A stretch of 58,158 nt of DNA from an uncultured Bacilli bacterium (GTDB lineage Bacteria > Bacillota_I > Bacilli_A > RF39 > UBA660). The notes under the pieces are model-generated. The model saw only the letters and a list, made by a program, of their open reading frames with translations. It ran no database searches and was not told the DNA's origin. Made by a program: the position numbers and the translations under genes. The stretch spans positions 1 to 58,158 of the forward strand of contig CALVHX010000002.1 of NCBI GenBank assembly GCA_944329195.1. The letters run 5' to 3'. Every line of letters begins with the position of its first letter. Within the stretch, counting starts at the first letter, position 1. Below are positions 18,265 to 27,943 of the stretch, in pieces.

Positions 18265-18276
18265 ATCTACTCCTTT

Positions 18277-20334
18277 CTAAGGCATACAAGTTTCTATTTT
18301 CAGTCTATCTTTCTTTATCTTAAACATAATACTTCCATCTAAATCTGTTCTATATATTTTTGAATTGTTTAAATTATTTAATACTTCTTTATTTGGATGA
18401 CCATATCTATTATTTTTACCAACGCTTATTATCGAATATTTCGGATTAATACTATTTATAAATTCTTTGTGAGAACTTGTTCTACTTCCGTGATGTCCTA
18501 CTTTTAAAATATCGATATTTTTTAAATTATATTTCTCTAAAATATATCTTTCTACTTCCATTTCTGCATCTCCCATCAATAATATTTTTATTCCACTAAT
18601 TTCTGTATATATGATGGTAGAGTTATCATTTTCATCATCGTATAACTTATTATTTAAAAAATATAATCTGTTATTATTAAGATTTAATTCTTTGATATTT
18701 TGAAAATATTTTATATTCCTTTTTTCTAGAACTGTAATTAGTTTTTTTTCTAAATCGTTAAATTTTCCCCTATTGAAAATGACATTTTCTACTTTAAAAT
18801 TATTAACGAGATAAAAAGAACCACCAATATGATCATAATCGCCATGAGAAATAACTAAATAATTTATTTTAGAAATGCCCTTGCTTTTCAGATAATTGAT
18901 TATATTTTTAATTTTGTATTCGCTATAATTATTACCAGTATCTATTAAGATGTTTTTTTTATTATATGGAAATTGAATTAAAAGACAATCTGCTTGTCCT
19001 ACATCAAATGCAACAATATTTGTATCACCATCAAGATATGGAGAGGCCTTTATAATTAAGATCGTTATTAATAGTAGATAACTGAGTTTTGGTTTATGTA
19101 GAGTAATTAAAAGTATAATATAATAAATAATAATTATAATTATGTTGGGTTTTGGAAAGCTGATTATGGTTATTTCTATACTTGAAATAAATATTGTAAA
19201 GTTTTCTAACAAACTAATTAATTGATATAAAAAGGAATCCAAAAAAGGAAGTATTAATGCAATTATCGAAAGTGGAAAAATGATCGTGCTTACTATTGGA
19301 ATTAATAAGACATTTACTAAAATGCTAATAATATTAATTTCATAACTATTATAAATAGTTATTGGTAGAGACGCGAAAAAGGAAATAAGCGTGGTATATA
19401 TTGCTTTATTTATTCCTTTCTTTTTTCTGATTCTATTTGTAAATATAATTAAGAATAGTGATATTAAGTAAGAGTATATAAAGCCTATATCATATATGAT
19501 AAATGGGTCTATAATAATAGCTAAAATGATTACTAACATCATTATATCAATTTTTTTAAGATTTAGTTTAAATAAGTAGTTAAAAGTCGATAGACTATAC
19601 ATAAGAATTGCTCTAAGCAATGAAGGGATTATGCCCAATAATAAAAGGAAAAAAATTAAGAATACATTTACGATGATACGTTTAATTTTCTTGTTATATG
19701 TGATCCTATCTAAATAATAGCATATAATGGTACTGATAAAATAAATATGTGAACTTGATATTGAAAACAAATGGGAGACGCCTATATTTTGATATTCTTC
19801 TTTGATATCTGCGCTAATATCACTGTTGTCTCCAAGTATAAATGTTTTAATATAAGATGATGACTTCATAGTATTAATTTTTTTGTATAAAATATTCTTT
19901 ATCGTATATAAGTAATTGTTGTTATTTTCTATTTTATTAATTTTATCAGCTTCGACTATGTAATAAATTTTTTTATTATATAAGTATTTTTTATAGTCAA
20001 ATGAATTAGGAATCGTATTTTTAGTTGGTTCTACTAGATTTCCCCTTACTAAAATTTTATCACCGTATGCTAAATTGTCTAGTTTTTGTCCTTCTTTAAA
20101 TTGGTAATTAATTATTAATTTTTCTCTTCCTTTTATTTCTAATGTTAATTTGGAACTGGTTGTCCTAATTTTTGTAACTTCCCCAATAAAGACTTTATCG
20201 CTTTTATTGTATTTTGACTCAAAACAATAAAACCTTGTAAATAGAAAAGACCCTATAACAAAAACTAGTGCTAGAAATTTAAATAAATATTTAGACTGTA
20301 ATACTCGCTTTAATTTCTTCAAATAGTTCCTCAC
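18277..20334 (-). CDS. comEC: DNA internalisation competence protein ComEC/Rec2
   Basis: OB-fold N-terminus, GVSHLFSISSSH competence domain, many TM helices, C-terminal metallo-beta-lactamase (FDVGQADC, SHGDYDHIGG, VGHHGS). Confidence 0.9.
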   Translation of the reverse strand: MRNYLKKLKRVLQSKYLFKFLALVFVIGSFLFTRFYCFESKYNKSDKVFIGEVTKIRTTSSKLTLEIKGREKLIINYQFKEGQKLDNLAYGDKILVRGNLVEPTKNTIPNSFDYKKYLYNKKIYYIVEADKINKIENNNNYLYTIKNILYKKINTMKSSSYIKTFILGDNSDISADIKEEYQNIGVSHLFSISSSHIYFISTIICYYLDRITYNKKIKRIIVNVFLIFFLLLLGIIPSLLRAILMYSLSTFNYLFKLNLKKIDIMMLVIILAIIIDPFIIYDIGFIYSYLISLFLIIFTNRIRKKKGINKAIYTTLISFFASLPITIYNSYEINIISILVNVLLIPIVSTIIFPLSIIALILPFLDSFLYQLISLLENFTIFISSIEITIISFPKPNIIIIIIYYIILLITLHKPKLSYLLLITILIIKASPYLDGDTNIVAFDVGQADCLLIQFPYNKKNILIDTGNNYSEYKIKNIINYLKSKGISKINYLVISHGDYDHIGGSFYLVNNFKVENVIFNRGKFNDLEKKLITVLEKRNIKYFQNIKELNLNNNRLYFLNNKLYDDENDNSTIIYTEISGIKILLMGDAEMEVERYILEKYNLKNIDILKVGHHGSRTSSHKEFINSINPKYSIISVGKNNRYGHPNKEVLNNLNNSKIYRTDLDGSIMFKIKKDRLKIETCMP

Positions 20335-20929
20335 CTATTCCACTTACATTTTTTATATCGTCAATGGTTTTAAAAGAGCCATTGTTGCTACGATAATTAA
20401 TTATTTCTTCTGCTCTTACTTCTCCTATGCCTGGAAGAGTCATTAACTCTTCTTTACTAGCGGTATTAATATTAATTATTTCATTATTGTCTTTAGTATT
20501 ATCTTCTTCTATACATGCATCATTTTCTTGAATTGGACAATCGCATACGCATATTTGTCCTTTTAGTTTTTCTAATACTTCATCACTAGAGTAGATAATA
20601 ATTGTCATTTCGTCAGTTACTGTTTTTGCTAAATTAATTAAACTGGTATCTGCCCCATCTAATAGACCACCCGCTAGTGATATGACGTCATTTACTCTAT
20701 AGGTACTATCTACTTCGTATACTCCCGGATTTGCAACCATTCCTTTTATATCCACGACTACTTTAAGATCGCTTACTGTCTTTTTATCAATATTGTCTTC
20801 TTCTTGTTCTTCCTCTTTGAAGATATCTATCGTCACTTCTTTTTCCTCTATATCATTTTTATATAAAACGTAGATTATTACTATCATTAAAATTGATATT
20901 CCGCCCAATATCATTATTATTTTTTTCAT
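20291..20929 (-). CDS. comEA: Competence protein ComEA (SLBB plus helix-hairpin-helix DNA receptor)
   Basis: N-terminal TM, GMVANPGVYEV SLBB motif, INTASKEELMTLPGIGEVRAEEII...VSGIGEELFEEI HhH pair. Confidence 0.85.
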   Translation of the reverse strand: MKKIIMILGGISILMIVIIYVLYKNDIEEKEVTIDIFKEEEQEEDNIDKKTVSDLKVVVDIKGMVANPGVYEVDSTYRVNDVISLAGGLLDGADTSLINLAKTVTDEMTIIIYSSDEVLEKLKGQICVCDCPIQENDACIEEDNTKDNNEIININTASKEELMTLPGIGEVRAEEIINYRSNNGSFKTIDDIKNVSGIGEELFEEIKASITV

Positions 20930-21013
20930 TTATCTTCCTCCTATCTACTTTTTATATACAACATTTTTTACTTTTTTTCTTATTTTTTTAGAGTTTTCTA
21001 TGTTTAATTTTGA

Positions 21014-21634
21014 TTGTCCTTTTCGTTATGTTATTGTATAATATTTTTGGTGATGTTATTGTTTGGTATCAAAGAAAATGTTAAATATGAAGAAATAATT
21101 AAGTCTTCTAAATTTATTTCTTTAATATTTCGAGTAGATAGTCAAAAGGACGTATATCTTTATCTCGATAATATAAAAAAAGAATATCCTGGGGCAACTC
21201 ATTATTGCTATGGATATGTTATTGATAATGAAAAAAAATCATCTGATGATAGTGAGCCCTCTAAAACAGCAGGATATCCTATTATGAAACAAATCGAGGG
21301 CAACGGCTTAAACTATGTATTACTAGTGGTAGTAAGATATTTTGGTGGAATAAAATTAGGGATTGGTCCTTTAACGCGTACTTACTCAAAAATGGCTGGG
21401 GAAGTAATTAAAAAGGCTTGCAAGGTCTCTCTCGTTAAGGGATACAATGTTAATGTTTCTTTTAGTTATAAAGAAATTAAAAAAGTAGATTTTATTTTAA
21501 AAGATAGTAAAGTGATCGATAAAGTATTTGATAATAATGTTTCTTACAATGCCATCGTGACAAAAGAGACGCTAGAAAAATTATCAAAATACGATATTTC
21601 AATCAATAAAGAAGTGTATATAGAAAAAGAATAG
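21014..21634 (+). CDS. YigZ / IMPACT family protein (start uncertain; an ATG at 21053 is possible)
   Basis: HYCYGYV...SDDSEPSKTAGYPI...VVVRYFGGIKLGIGPLTRTY family signature. Confidence 0.8.
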   Translation: MSFSLCYCIIFLVMLLFGIKENVKYEEIIKSSKFISLIFRVDSQKDVYLYLDNIKKEYPGATHYCYGYVIDNEKKSSDDSEPSKTAGYPIMKQIEGNGLNYVLLVVVRYFGGIKLGIGPLTRTYSKMAGEVIKKACKVSLVKGYNVNVSFSYKEIKKVDFILKDSKVIDKVFDNNVSYNAIVTKETLEKLSKYDISINKEVYIEKE

Positions 21635-21651
21635 ACTTTTTCTATTCTGAT

Positions 21652-22632
21652 TTACCTTCCAAGACCTACTTTACTAAAGACTTCTCTAACTTTTTCTTCC
21701 GCTATTTTATTTGTTATTTCTCTTCCTCTATCTAATATTTTGTCTATTTCATTACTACTAATTAATTCGTTATATTTACGCTGAATATTTGAAAGGGTTT
21801 CAACTACTACATCCGCTACTTCTTTTTTTAGGAGTCCATAATTGTAGTTTCTAAAGTGCTCTTCAGTCTTGTCCATCGATATTTTTTTTAGACAGGAATA
21901 AATTGTCAGCAAGTTAGAAATTCCCGGTTTATTTTCTGGATCATAGTAAACTTTGGAATCACTATCGGTGACAGCGGACATGATTTTTTTCCTAATTGTT
22001 TTTTCATCATCTAATAAAAGAATTACCCCTTTATAGCTATCATCGCTTTTGCTCATTTTTTTAGTGGGCTCTTGAAGATCCATAATTTTGGCTCCCAATT
22101 TTGGAATAAGCGGTTCAGGGACTTTAAAAGTATCTCCATATGTTTTATTAAATCTTTCCGCTATATTTCTAGCAAGTTCGACATGCTGCTTTTGATCTAT
22201 ACCAACTGGTACATAATCGGCATCATATAAAAGAATATCCGAAGCCATAAGAATTGGATAAGTAAATAATCCTACCGTAACATTTTCTTTTTTACTTGAT
22301 TTGTCCTTATATTGAGTCATTCTAGAAGCTTCTCCCATATAAGTATTACATTCTAATACCCAAGATAAATTGGCGTGATATAAGTTTTCTGATTGCAGAT
22401 AAATAATATTTTTATCTGCTTCTACGCCACACGCTAAATATAGTGCAACATTTTTCCTTATTCTTTCTCTTAAAACTTTAGGGTCTTGTCTAACTGTAAT
22501 AGCATGCATATCTGGGACAAAGATAAATGACTCGTATTCTTCTTGTCTTTCTATAGTGCCCATAATTCCTCCTATTAGACTTCCTAATGTCAGTTCCCCA
22601 CTTGGTTTTAATCCTGTAAGTATCCTTTTCAT
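21652..22632 (-). CDS. trpS: Tryptophan--tRNA ligase
   Basis: 326 aa class I aaRS; LTGLKPSGELTLGSLIG HIGH-region equivalent; KMSKS present. Confidence 0.95.
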   Translation of the reverse strand: MKRILTGLKPSGELTLGSLIGGIMGTIERQEEYESFIFVPDMHAITVRQDPKVLRERIRKNVALYLACGVEADKNIIYLQSENLYHANLSWVLECNTYMGEASRMTQYKDKSSKKENVTVGLFTYPILMASDILLYDADYVPVGIDQKQHVELARNIAERFNKTYGDTFKVPEPLIPKLGAKIMDLQEPTKKMSKSDDSYKGVILLLDDEKTIRKKIMSAVTDSDSKVYYDPENKPGISNLLTIYSCLKKISMDKTEEHFRNYNYGLLKKEVADVVVETLSNIQRKYNELISSNEIDKILDRGREITNKIAEEKVREVFSKVGLGR

Positions 22633-22725
22633 AATTCACCTTCTCTATCGTAATTATATAATAATTAGTATCTTTTTTCAATATTATTTACTTATTAACT
22701 TAATTTTGTTATAATTTTATAGTGA

Positions 22726-23427
22726 TTGGAAAATGGAGAAATTATTATATTATTTTTTACTTTTTTTAATATACTCTATTATTGTTGGATAATAGAGGTT
22801 ATCGTTGTCGGCACTAGAGAAAAAAAGTTTGTTAATAGAGGATTTATGATGGGTCCTTATTGTCCTATTTATGGATATTCATCGATCATTATGGTTTTCT
22901 ATTTAGATCAATATCAAGATAATATTTTAACTGTTTTTTTATTAGCGGTAATAGTTTGCTCTTTTATTGAATATGTTGTTAGCTATATTATGGAGAAGCT
23001 CTTTTCTGCTAGATGGTGGGATTATTCTAATCGAAAGTTTAATATCAATGGTAGAGTCTGCCTTACTAATGCTTTTTTCTTTGGTATATTGGGAGCTTTT
23101 TTGGTTTATATTGTTAACCCTTTTATTAATGACATTTTGCTGACTATCAATACTACCACACTTAACATAGTATCTTCTATTTTACTTACTATATTTATCA
23201 TCGATTTTATAGTATCTATTGGTATAACTTATAAACTTAAAAATACTATTAAGAAATTTAATAAAGATAATACTGAAGAAATCACTAGAAAGATTAAAGA
23301 AACTATCGAAAATAGGGTTCTAAATAGAAGAATTTTTAAAGCCTTTCCTAATTTTAAGACGAACATACTTACCAAGTTTAATATTTTAAAGGAAGACATC
23401 AGAGAAAAGAGAAATAATAAACAATAA
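22726..23427 (+). CDS. Polytopic membrane protein of the putative type IV ABC-transporter permease family (PF06541-like)
   Basis: RGFMMGPYCPIYGYSS motif, several TM helices; TTG start. Confidence 0.6.
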   Translation: MENGEIIILFFTFFNILYYCWIIEVIVVGTREKKFVNRGFMMGPYCPIYGYSSIIMVFYLDQYQDNILTVFLLAVIVCSFIEYVVSYIMEKLFSARWWDYSNRKFNINGRVCLTNAFFFGILGAFLVYIVNPFINDILLTINTTTLNIVSSILLTIFIIDFIVSIGITYKLKNTIKKFNKDNTEEITRKIKETIENRVLNRRIFKAFPNFKTNILTKFNILKEDIREKRNNKQ

Positions 23428-23461
23428 AGTAGGACTTAACATGTTCCTACTTTTTCTATTA

Positions 23462-25774
23462 CTATTTGCTATCTATTGGTTGCTTGAAAATGCTTTTATA
23501 TATATCTTCATAGTCCTCTACAAAAATGATATTTAATCTTTCTTTTACTTCATTTGGAAAATCACTTAGTTCTTTTGAACAACCCAAAGGTAAATATACT
23601 GTGTCGATTCCATTTGTAGAGGCCGCTATTAGTTTTTCCTTTAATCCTCCTACTGGTAATATTTTTCCTCTTAGGGTTATCTCACCAGTCATCGATATTT
23701 TATTACTTATTATTTTATTTTTTAATAAACTTAAAATTGCTGTTACGATGGCGATTCCAGCAGATGGTCCATCCTTTGGCGAGGAAGCTTCCTCGATGTG
23801 GAAATGAAAGTCTGCCTCCTTGAACAAGTCATAATCAATTCCAAACAACCCGCTATTGGCTTTGATATAACTTAAGGCTATATAAATACTTTCTTTGATT
23901 ATGTCACCTAATGTCCCTGTCAGTGTTACCAGTCCTTTTCCTGGGTAAGTTGTGCATGTTACTTTTAATATTGTTCCTCCGTAAGGCGTGTAAGCCAGTC
24001 CGTTTACTATTCCTGTTTTGTCGTTTTCATCATTATTATTGTAATTATACTTTGTCGTCCCTAGATACCCTTCAATATCGCTAGTATCGATGGTTATTTT
24101 ATTTTTTTTATTATTTGAAATAATTGCTTTTCTAATTATAGAATCTATCTGACGATGAAGCTCTCTGGCACCTGCTTCTTTCGTATAACATGTTATTATT
24201 TTCTCTATTGCTAAATCGGTAAATTTTATGTTTTTAATTTTATAGTCATCCAAGAGTTTAGGTATTAGGTGATATTTAGCAATGTTTATTTTTTCATAGC
24301 TGGTATAACTTGATAATTCTATTATCTCTAATCTATCTAATAATGGTTCTGGTATTGTACTTATATTGTTAGCGGTCAAAATGAATAATACTTTCGATAG
24401 ATCAAACTCTTCTTCGATGTAATTGTCACAAAATTTACTATTTTGCTCTCTATCTAGTACCTCTAATAATGCTGATGCTGGGTCCCCCTTGTAATCTTTT
24501 GTTAATTTATCTACTTCATCTATTAGAAAGACAGGGTTTTTTGTCTTTGCTTTTTTCATTTGGCTTATTATCTTGCCAGGTGATGCTCCTATATATGTCC
24601 TTCGGTGTCCCAAGATTTCTGCTTCGTCATTGATTCCTCCGACAGATATTTTTACAAACTCTTTACCTAGAGCAGTTGCAATAGAACTAGCAAGTGATGT
24701 TTTTCCGACTCCTGGTGGTCCTATTAAACAAATTATTGGGCTACTTATAGAACCACCCTTTTTCTTGACAGCAATATATTCGATAATTCTTTTTTTGGCA
24801 CTATTTAGCCCAAAATGTGATGTATTTAATACTTCTTCTATTTTTTTGACATCTGTGTTATCCTTGGTAGTGGTGTTCCAAGGAAGTGATAGCAACCAAT
24901 CGATATAGGTTCTAATAGTTGTCGTTTCAGGTGATGATGGGCTAGTATAGGAATATCTTTCGATTTCTTCATTTAACTTTCTAATTATGTTTTCTGGAAG
25001 GGAAAGTGATTTTATCTTCTCTCTTAGCTTTTTTATGTCTTCTTCTTTGGGGTCTGTTTCCCCAAGTTCTTCCTTTATGAGTCTAATTTTTTCTTTAAGC
25101 ATGTACTGTCTTTGTTCTTCTTCTAATTTTATTTTTAAATTATCTTCTATTTTATTTTCTAATTTGACAGTTTCTATTTCTTTTGTCAAATCTTCAATAA
25201 TGGTTCTAATTCGGTACACGGGATTTGTTATTGCTATATACTTTAAAGCATCTTGATAGTCTAGTGGTAATTCTGAAACAATTATATCCGCTAGTTTATC
25301 TAAATTTTTTACACCACTTATTCTTCCAATGACTGTATTAGACATATAAGGAGAAATGCTTATATATTCGTTTAACTTTCGAAATAAAATTCTTTCTAAG
25401 GCAGATGACTCTATTTCGCTATATTCATATTCTTTAGTTGGTATAACAAAGGCAGATATGATTTCATTTGTTTCGATATAATTTAGTATTTCAACTCTAG
25501 AAGTACCACTTATTACTACTCTAGTTATTCCATTTGAAAGTGCTATTTTTGATTTTATTTTTCCCAGTATACCAATTTTGGGCAATTCTTTAAATGATGG
25601 ATTTTCCTCTAATGGATCTTGCAAATTTATTAATAGAATATGATTATCATAGACCTTTTCAGAGATATTTAGTACTTCTAGGTCAGAAATACTTGTGAAT
25701 TCTAGTCTTATTTCATTGTAAGGAAAAAGAATTACTTCTCTTAAATATAGTATAGGCAAGTTTGTTTCAACCAT
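23462..25774 (-). CDS. lon: ATP-dependent Lon protease (LonA)
   Basis: LON N-domain, Walker A GPPGVGKTS, LIDEVDK, proteolytic PKDGPSAGIA and GGLKEK. Confidence 0.95.
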   Translation of the reverse strand: MVETNLPILYLREVILFPYNEIRLEFTSISDLEVLNISEKVYDNHILLINLQDPLEENPSFKELPKIGILGKIKSKIALSNGITRVVISGTSRVEILNYIETNEIISAFVIPTKEYEYSEIESSALERILFRKLNEYISISPYMSNTVIGRISGVKNLDKLADIIVSELPLDYQDALKYIAITNPVYRIRTIIEDLTKEIETVKLENKIEDNLKIKLEEEQRQYMLKEKIRLIKEELGETDPKEEDIKKLREKIKSLSLPENIIRKLNEEIERYSYTSPSSPETTTIRTYIDWLLSLPWNTTTKDNTDVKKIEEVLNTSHFGLNSAKKRIIEYIAVKKKGGSISSPIICLIGPPGVGKTSLASSIATALGKEFVKISVGGINDEAEILGHRRTYIGASPGKIISQMKKAKTKNPVFLIDEVDKLTKDYKGDPASALLEVLDREQNSKFCDNYIEEEFDLSKVLFILTANNISTIPEPLLDRLEIIELSSYTSYEKINIAKYHLIPKLLDDYKIKNIKFTDLAIEKIITCYTKEAGARELHRQIDSIIRKAIISNNKKNKITIDTSDIEGYLGTTKYNYNNNDENDKTGIVNGLAYTPYGGTILKVTCTTYPGKGLVTLTGTLGDIIKESIYIALSYIKANSGLFGIDYDLFKEADFHFHIEEASSPKDGPSAGIAIVTAILSLLKNKIISNKISMTGEITLRGKILPVGGLKEKLIAASTNGIDTVYLPLGCSKELSDFPNEVKERLNIIFVEDYEDIYKSIFKQPIDSK

Positions 25775-25798
25775 GAAGCACCTCCATATAAAATAAAA

Positions 25799-25839
25799 AT
25801 GTATCTCTAGTAATTATTAATAAAAATTTAGAGATACAT
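25799..25839 (-). promoter_or_regulatory. Terminator-like hairpin in the lon leader
   Basis: Perfect 11-bp inverted repeat ATGTATCTCTA-N19-TAGAGATACAT followed by a U-run in gene orientation. It ends 25 nt before the lon ATG. A TTGATA/TGcTATCAT promoter lies upstream. Confidence 0.4.
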
Positions 25840-25936
25840 CACTTCCTTTTCACTGCATATATGATAGCATAAATAAAAAATATATCAAGTATTTTTGACA
25901 TATTTTTTACTTTTTCTATCTCTTATTTAAGCGTTT

Positions 25937-26974
25937 CTAATTGGGAAAATCTAACTCATTAATTATAAAGTTATCACCACTTTTTTTAATTATTACTTTA
26001 CCAAGATTGTATTCAAAATTAGTATTTGAACACTCTGAAATATTACTAACAGTGCACTTTTCTAAGTCTTTGATATACTCGTAGGCTATATTAGCAGTTA
26101 TTTCATCTTTAGTACTACCTATTATTTCGATATTATAATTACCAGTATAAGTATTTGTTATGCCGCTATTGGAGTAATTCCGGCAATAAAGATTCCCATC
26201 TATTTCATAATAGTTATCATAATACTTAGGATTATTATTATCAGCTAATTTTAATTCCTTTATTAAACTTTCATCCATAAAAGAAGTTAAATATTCTTTT
26301 AGCTCATCCAAACTTTTGAACTCCGACTTGAGATATTCTCCTTCCAACTGTCCTGCTTCTGTAGTGAACTCTATTTTTTTGCTTTCGCTAGTATTGCCGC
26401 AAAAAACTTTTGAAGTGCTTTGCTGATTATAATCTAATGCTCTATCTAATAAATTTCTAACTTCTTCTTCTGTGTTATTGTCAATCGTTTGATCTTTGAT
26501 ATATGTACTACATGCATAACCGGTATAATTACTGCCATGTTTTTGATAACTGATCTTGTACCATTTTGAACAGTTTTCTGTTTCAGATAGTTCTTCTTCT
26601 ATTGTGACTTTTTGATAGCAGGATAAACCATCTATTATTTCTCCAGTGGTTGAATTTCTAACATTTAGTAATGATGTATTTTCATCACATGAAACATATC
26701 CTAACCTTTCTTGTTCTTCTTCTATGGTTGTATTTGAATCTCTTGGATTATCTTTGTTTTCAGAAATGACTTCTTTATCTTTGGAATTAAATATTAAATA
26801 GATTATTACTCCCACTAGCGCCAAAATTAGTATAATCATGCATATAATAATTATTTTTTTCTTCTTGTCTTGCCCATTATTTATTTGGTTTATTCTCTTT
26901 ATATTGTCCTCCTTTCTTTCACTTTCTTTTTCTTCTTCAAAATCTTTTTCTATTTCTTTTTCAATGTCATTCAT
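25937..26974 (-). CDS. Single-pass membrane protein with SH3b-like domain, function unknown
   Basis: Acidic cytoplasmic tail, TM IIIICMIILILALVGVIIYLIF, SH3b-like LLNVRNSTTGEIIDGLSCYQKVTIEE...WYKISY. Confidence 0.55.
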   Translation of the reverse strand: MNDIEKEIEKDFEEEKESERKEDNIKRINQINNGQDKKKKIIIICMIILILALVGVIIYLIFNSKDKEVISENKDNPRDSNTTIEEEQERLGYVSCDENTSLLNVRNSTTGEIIDGLSCYQKVTIEEELSETENCSKWYKISYQKHGSNYTGYACSTYIKDQTIDNNTEEEVRNLLDRALDYNQQSTSKVFCGNTSESKKIEFTTEAGQLEGEYLKSEFKSLDELKEYLTSFMDESLIKELKLADNNNPKYYDNYYEIDGNLYCRNYSNSGITNTYTGNYNIEIIGSTKDEITANIAYEYIKDLEKCTVSNISECSNTNFEYNLGKVIIKKSGDNFIINELDFPN

Positions 26975-27078
26975 AAAGCTCCTCCTATTTATAATATACC
27001 ATAGTGTAGTTAAAAAGAATAGTCTTTTTTTAGTTTAGTAGCAATTCTATGTAAATAAAGCACTTTTTTAAAAGTGCT

Positions 27079-27843
27079 CTAACTATTTTGTTTTACATAT
27101 TCTAATCTTAATTTGTCCGCTACTGTCACTATGAATTCAGAGTTCGTTGGTTTTGCCTTATCGATATCGACACTGTGCCCAAAGACATCTTCCATCAGAT
27201 CCCAATCGCCACGATTCCACGATACTTCGATGGCATGTCTAATGGCTCTTTCTACACGTGATACTGTTGTATCAAACCTACTAGCTAACTCTGGATATAG
27301 TTCTTTTGTTATACCTCCGATTATTTCGGGATTATCATATACTAGTGAAATGGCTTCCCTAATGTATTGATAACCTTTAATATGAGATGGCATTCCTAAC
27401 TCATGTAATATTTTGCTAATTGATATTTGGAGGTTGTTGTGAAAAATATTGATTGTTCTTTTACTTGTCTCTTTGAATGTATCTAGTATCTTATCTTCTA
27501 AATCGGATAAATCGAAAGGCTTTAAAATATAGTAATTCACACCGAATTCACTTACCTTTCTAATAGTATCTGGAGCATTATAAGATGTAGCTACTATGAT
27601 GTCTTTTTCCAGCTTTAATTTTTTTAACTCCTTCAAAACTCCCAATCCATCTTTTTTAGGCATAATTAAGTCTAGTATAATTAGATCATACTCTAAATTT
27701 TTTCCCTTTATTATGTTAAGTCCTTCCTCGCCATCATAGACTGTTCCTACTACTTCTATTTTAGGGTGGTTTTCAAAATAATCTTTTACCATTTCTGTCA
27801 AGTTGATGTTATCATCAATCATTAAAATTTTAATTTTTTCCAT
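27079..27843 (-). CDS. spo0A: Sporulation master regulator Spo0A
   Basis: REC domain ([16 protein letters not shown]) plus Spo0A-specific C-terminus [12 protein letters not shown] and [20 protein letters not shown]. Confidence 0.95.
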   Translation of the reverse strand: MEKIKILMIDDNINLTEMVKDYFENHPKIEVVGTVYDGEEGLNIIKGKNLEYDLIILDLIMPKKDGLGVLKELKKLKLEKDIIVATSYNAPDTIRKVSEFGVNYYILKPFDLSDLEDKILDTFKETSKRTINIFHNNLQISISKILHELGMPSHIKGYQYIREAISLVYDNPEIIGGITKELYPELASRFDTTVSRVERAIRHAIEVSWNRGDWDLMEDVFGHSVDIDKAKPTNSEFIVTVADKLRLEYVKQNS

Positions 27844-27891
27844 TTTATTCCTTCTTTCTTGTTTATTGTACTACCTAAAATAAGCGAAATA

Positions 27892-27903
27892 TGTCGAATT
27901 ATA
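27892..27903 (-). promoter_or_regulatory. -10 hexamer TATAAT abutting a consensus 0A box upstream of spo0A
   Basis: Plus strand TGTCGAA 27892..27898. Gene orientation reads TATAATTCGACA, about 50 nt upstream of the spo0A ATG. Confidence 0.4.
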
Positions 27904-27904
27904 C

Positions 27905-27943
27905 TTTTTTAAAAAAGTAGAGAAATTTTGTTACTTCTCTACT
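27905..27943 (-). terminator. Intrinsic terminator of the pgk-tpiA operon
   Basis: AGTAGAGAA/TTCTCTACT stem (27916..27924 with 27935..27943) followed by a U-run in gene orientation; overlaps the tpiA stop. Confidence 0.6.

Noticed and set aside
22490-22681. 63-aa minus-strand ORF overlapping the trpS start
   Set aside because: It is out of frame with trpS, has no SD, and has a basic low-complexity sequence. It is likely spurious.
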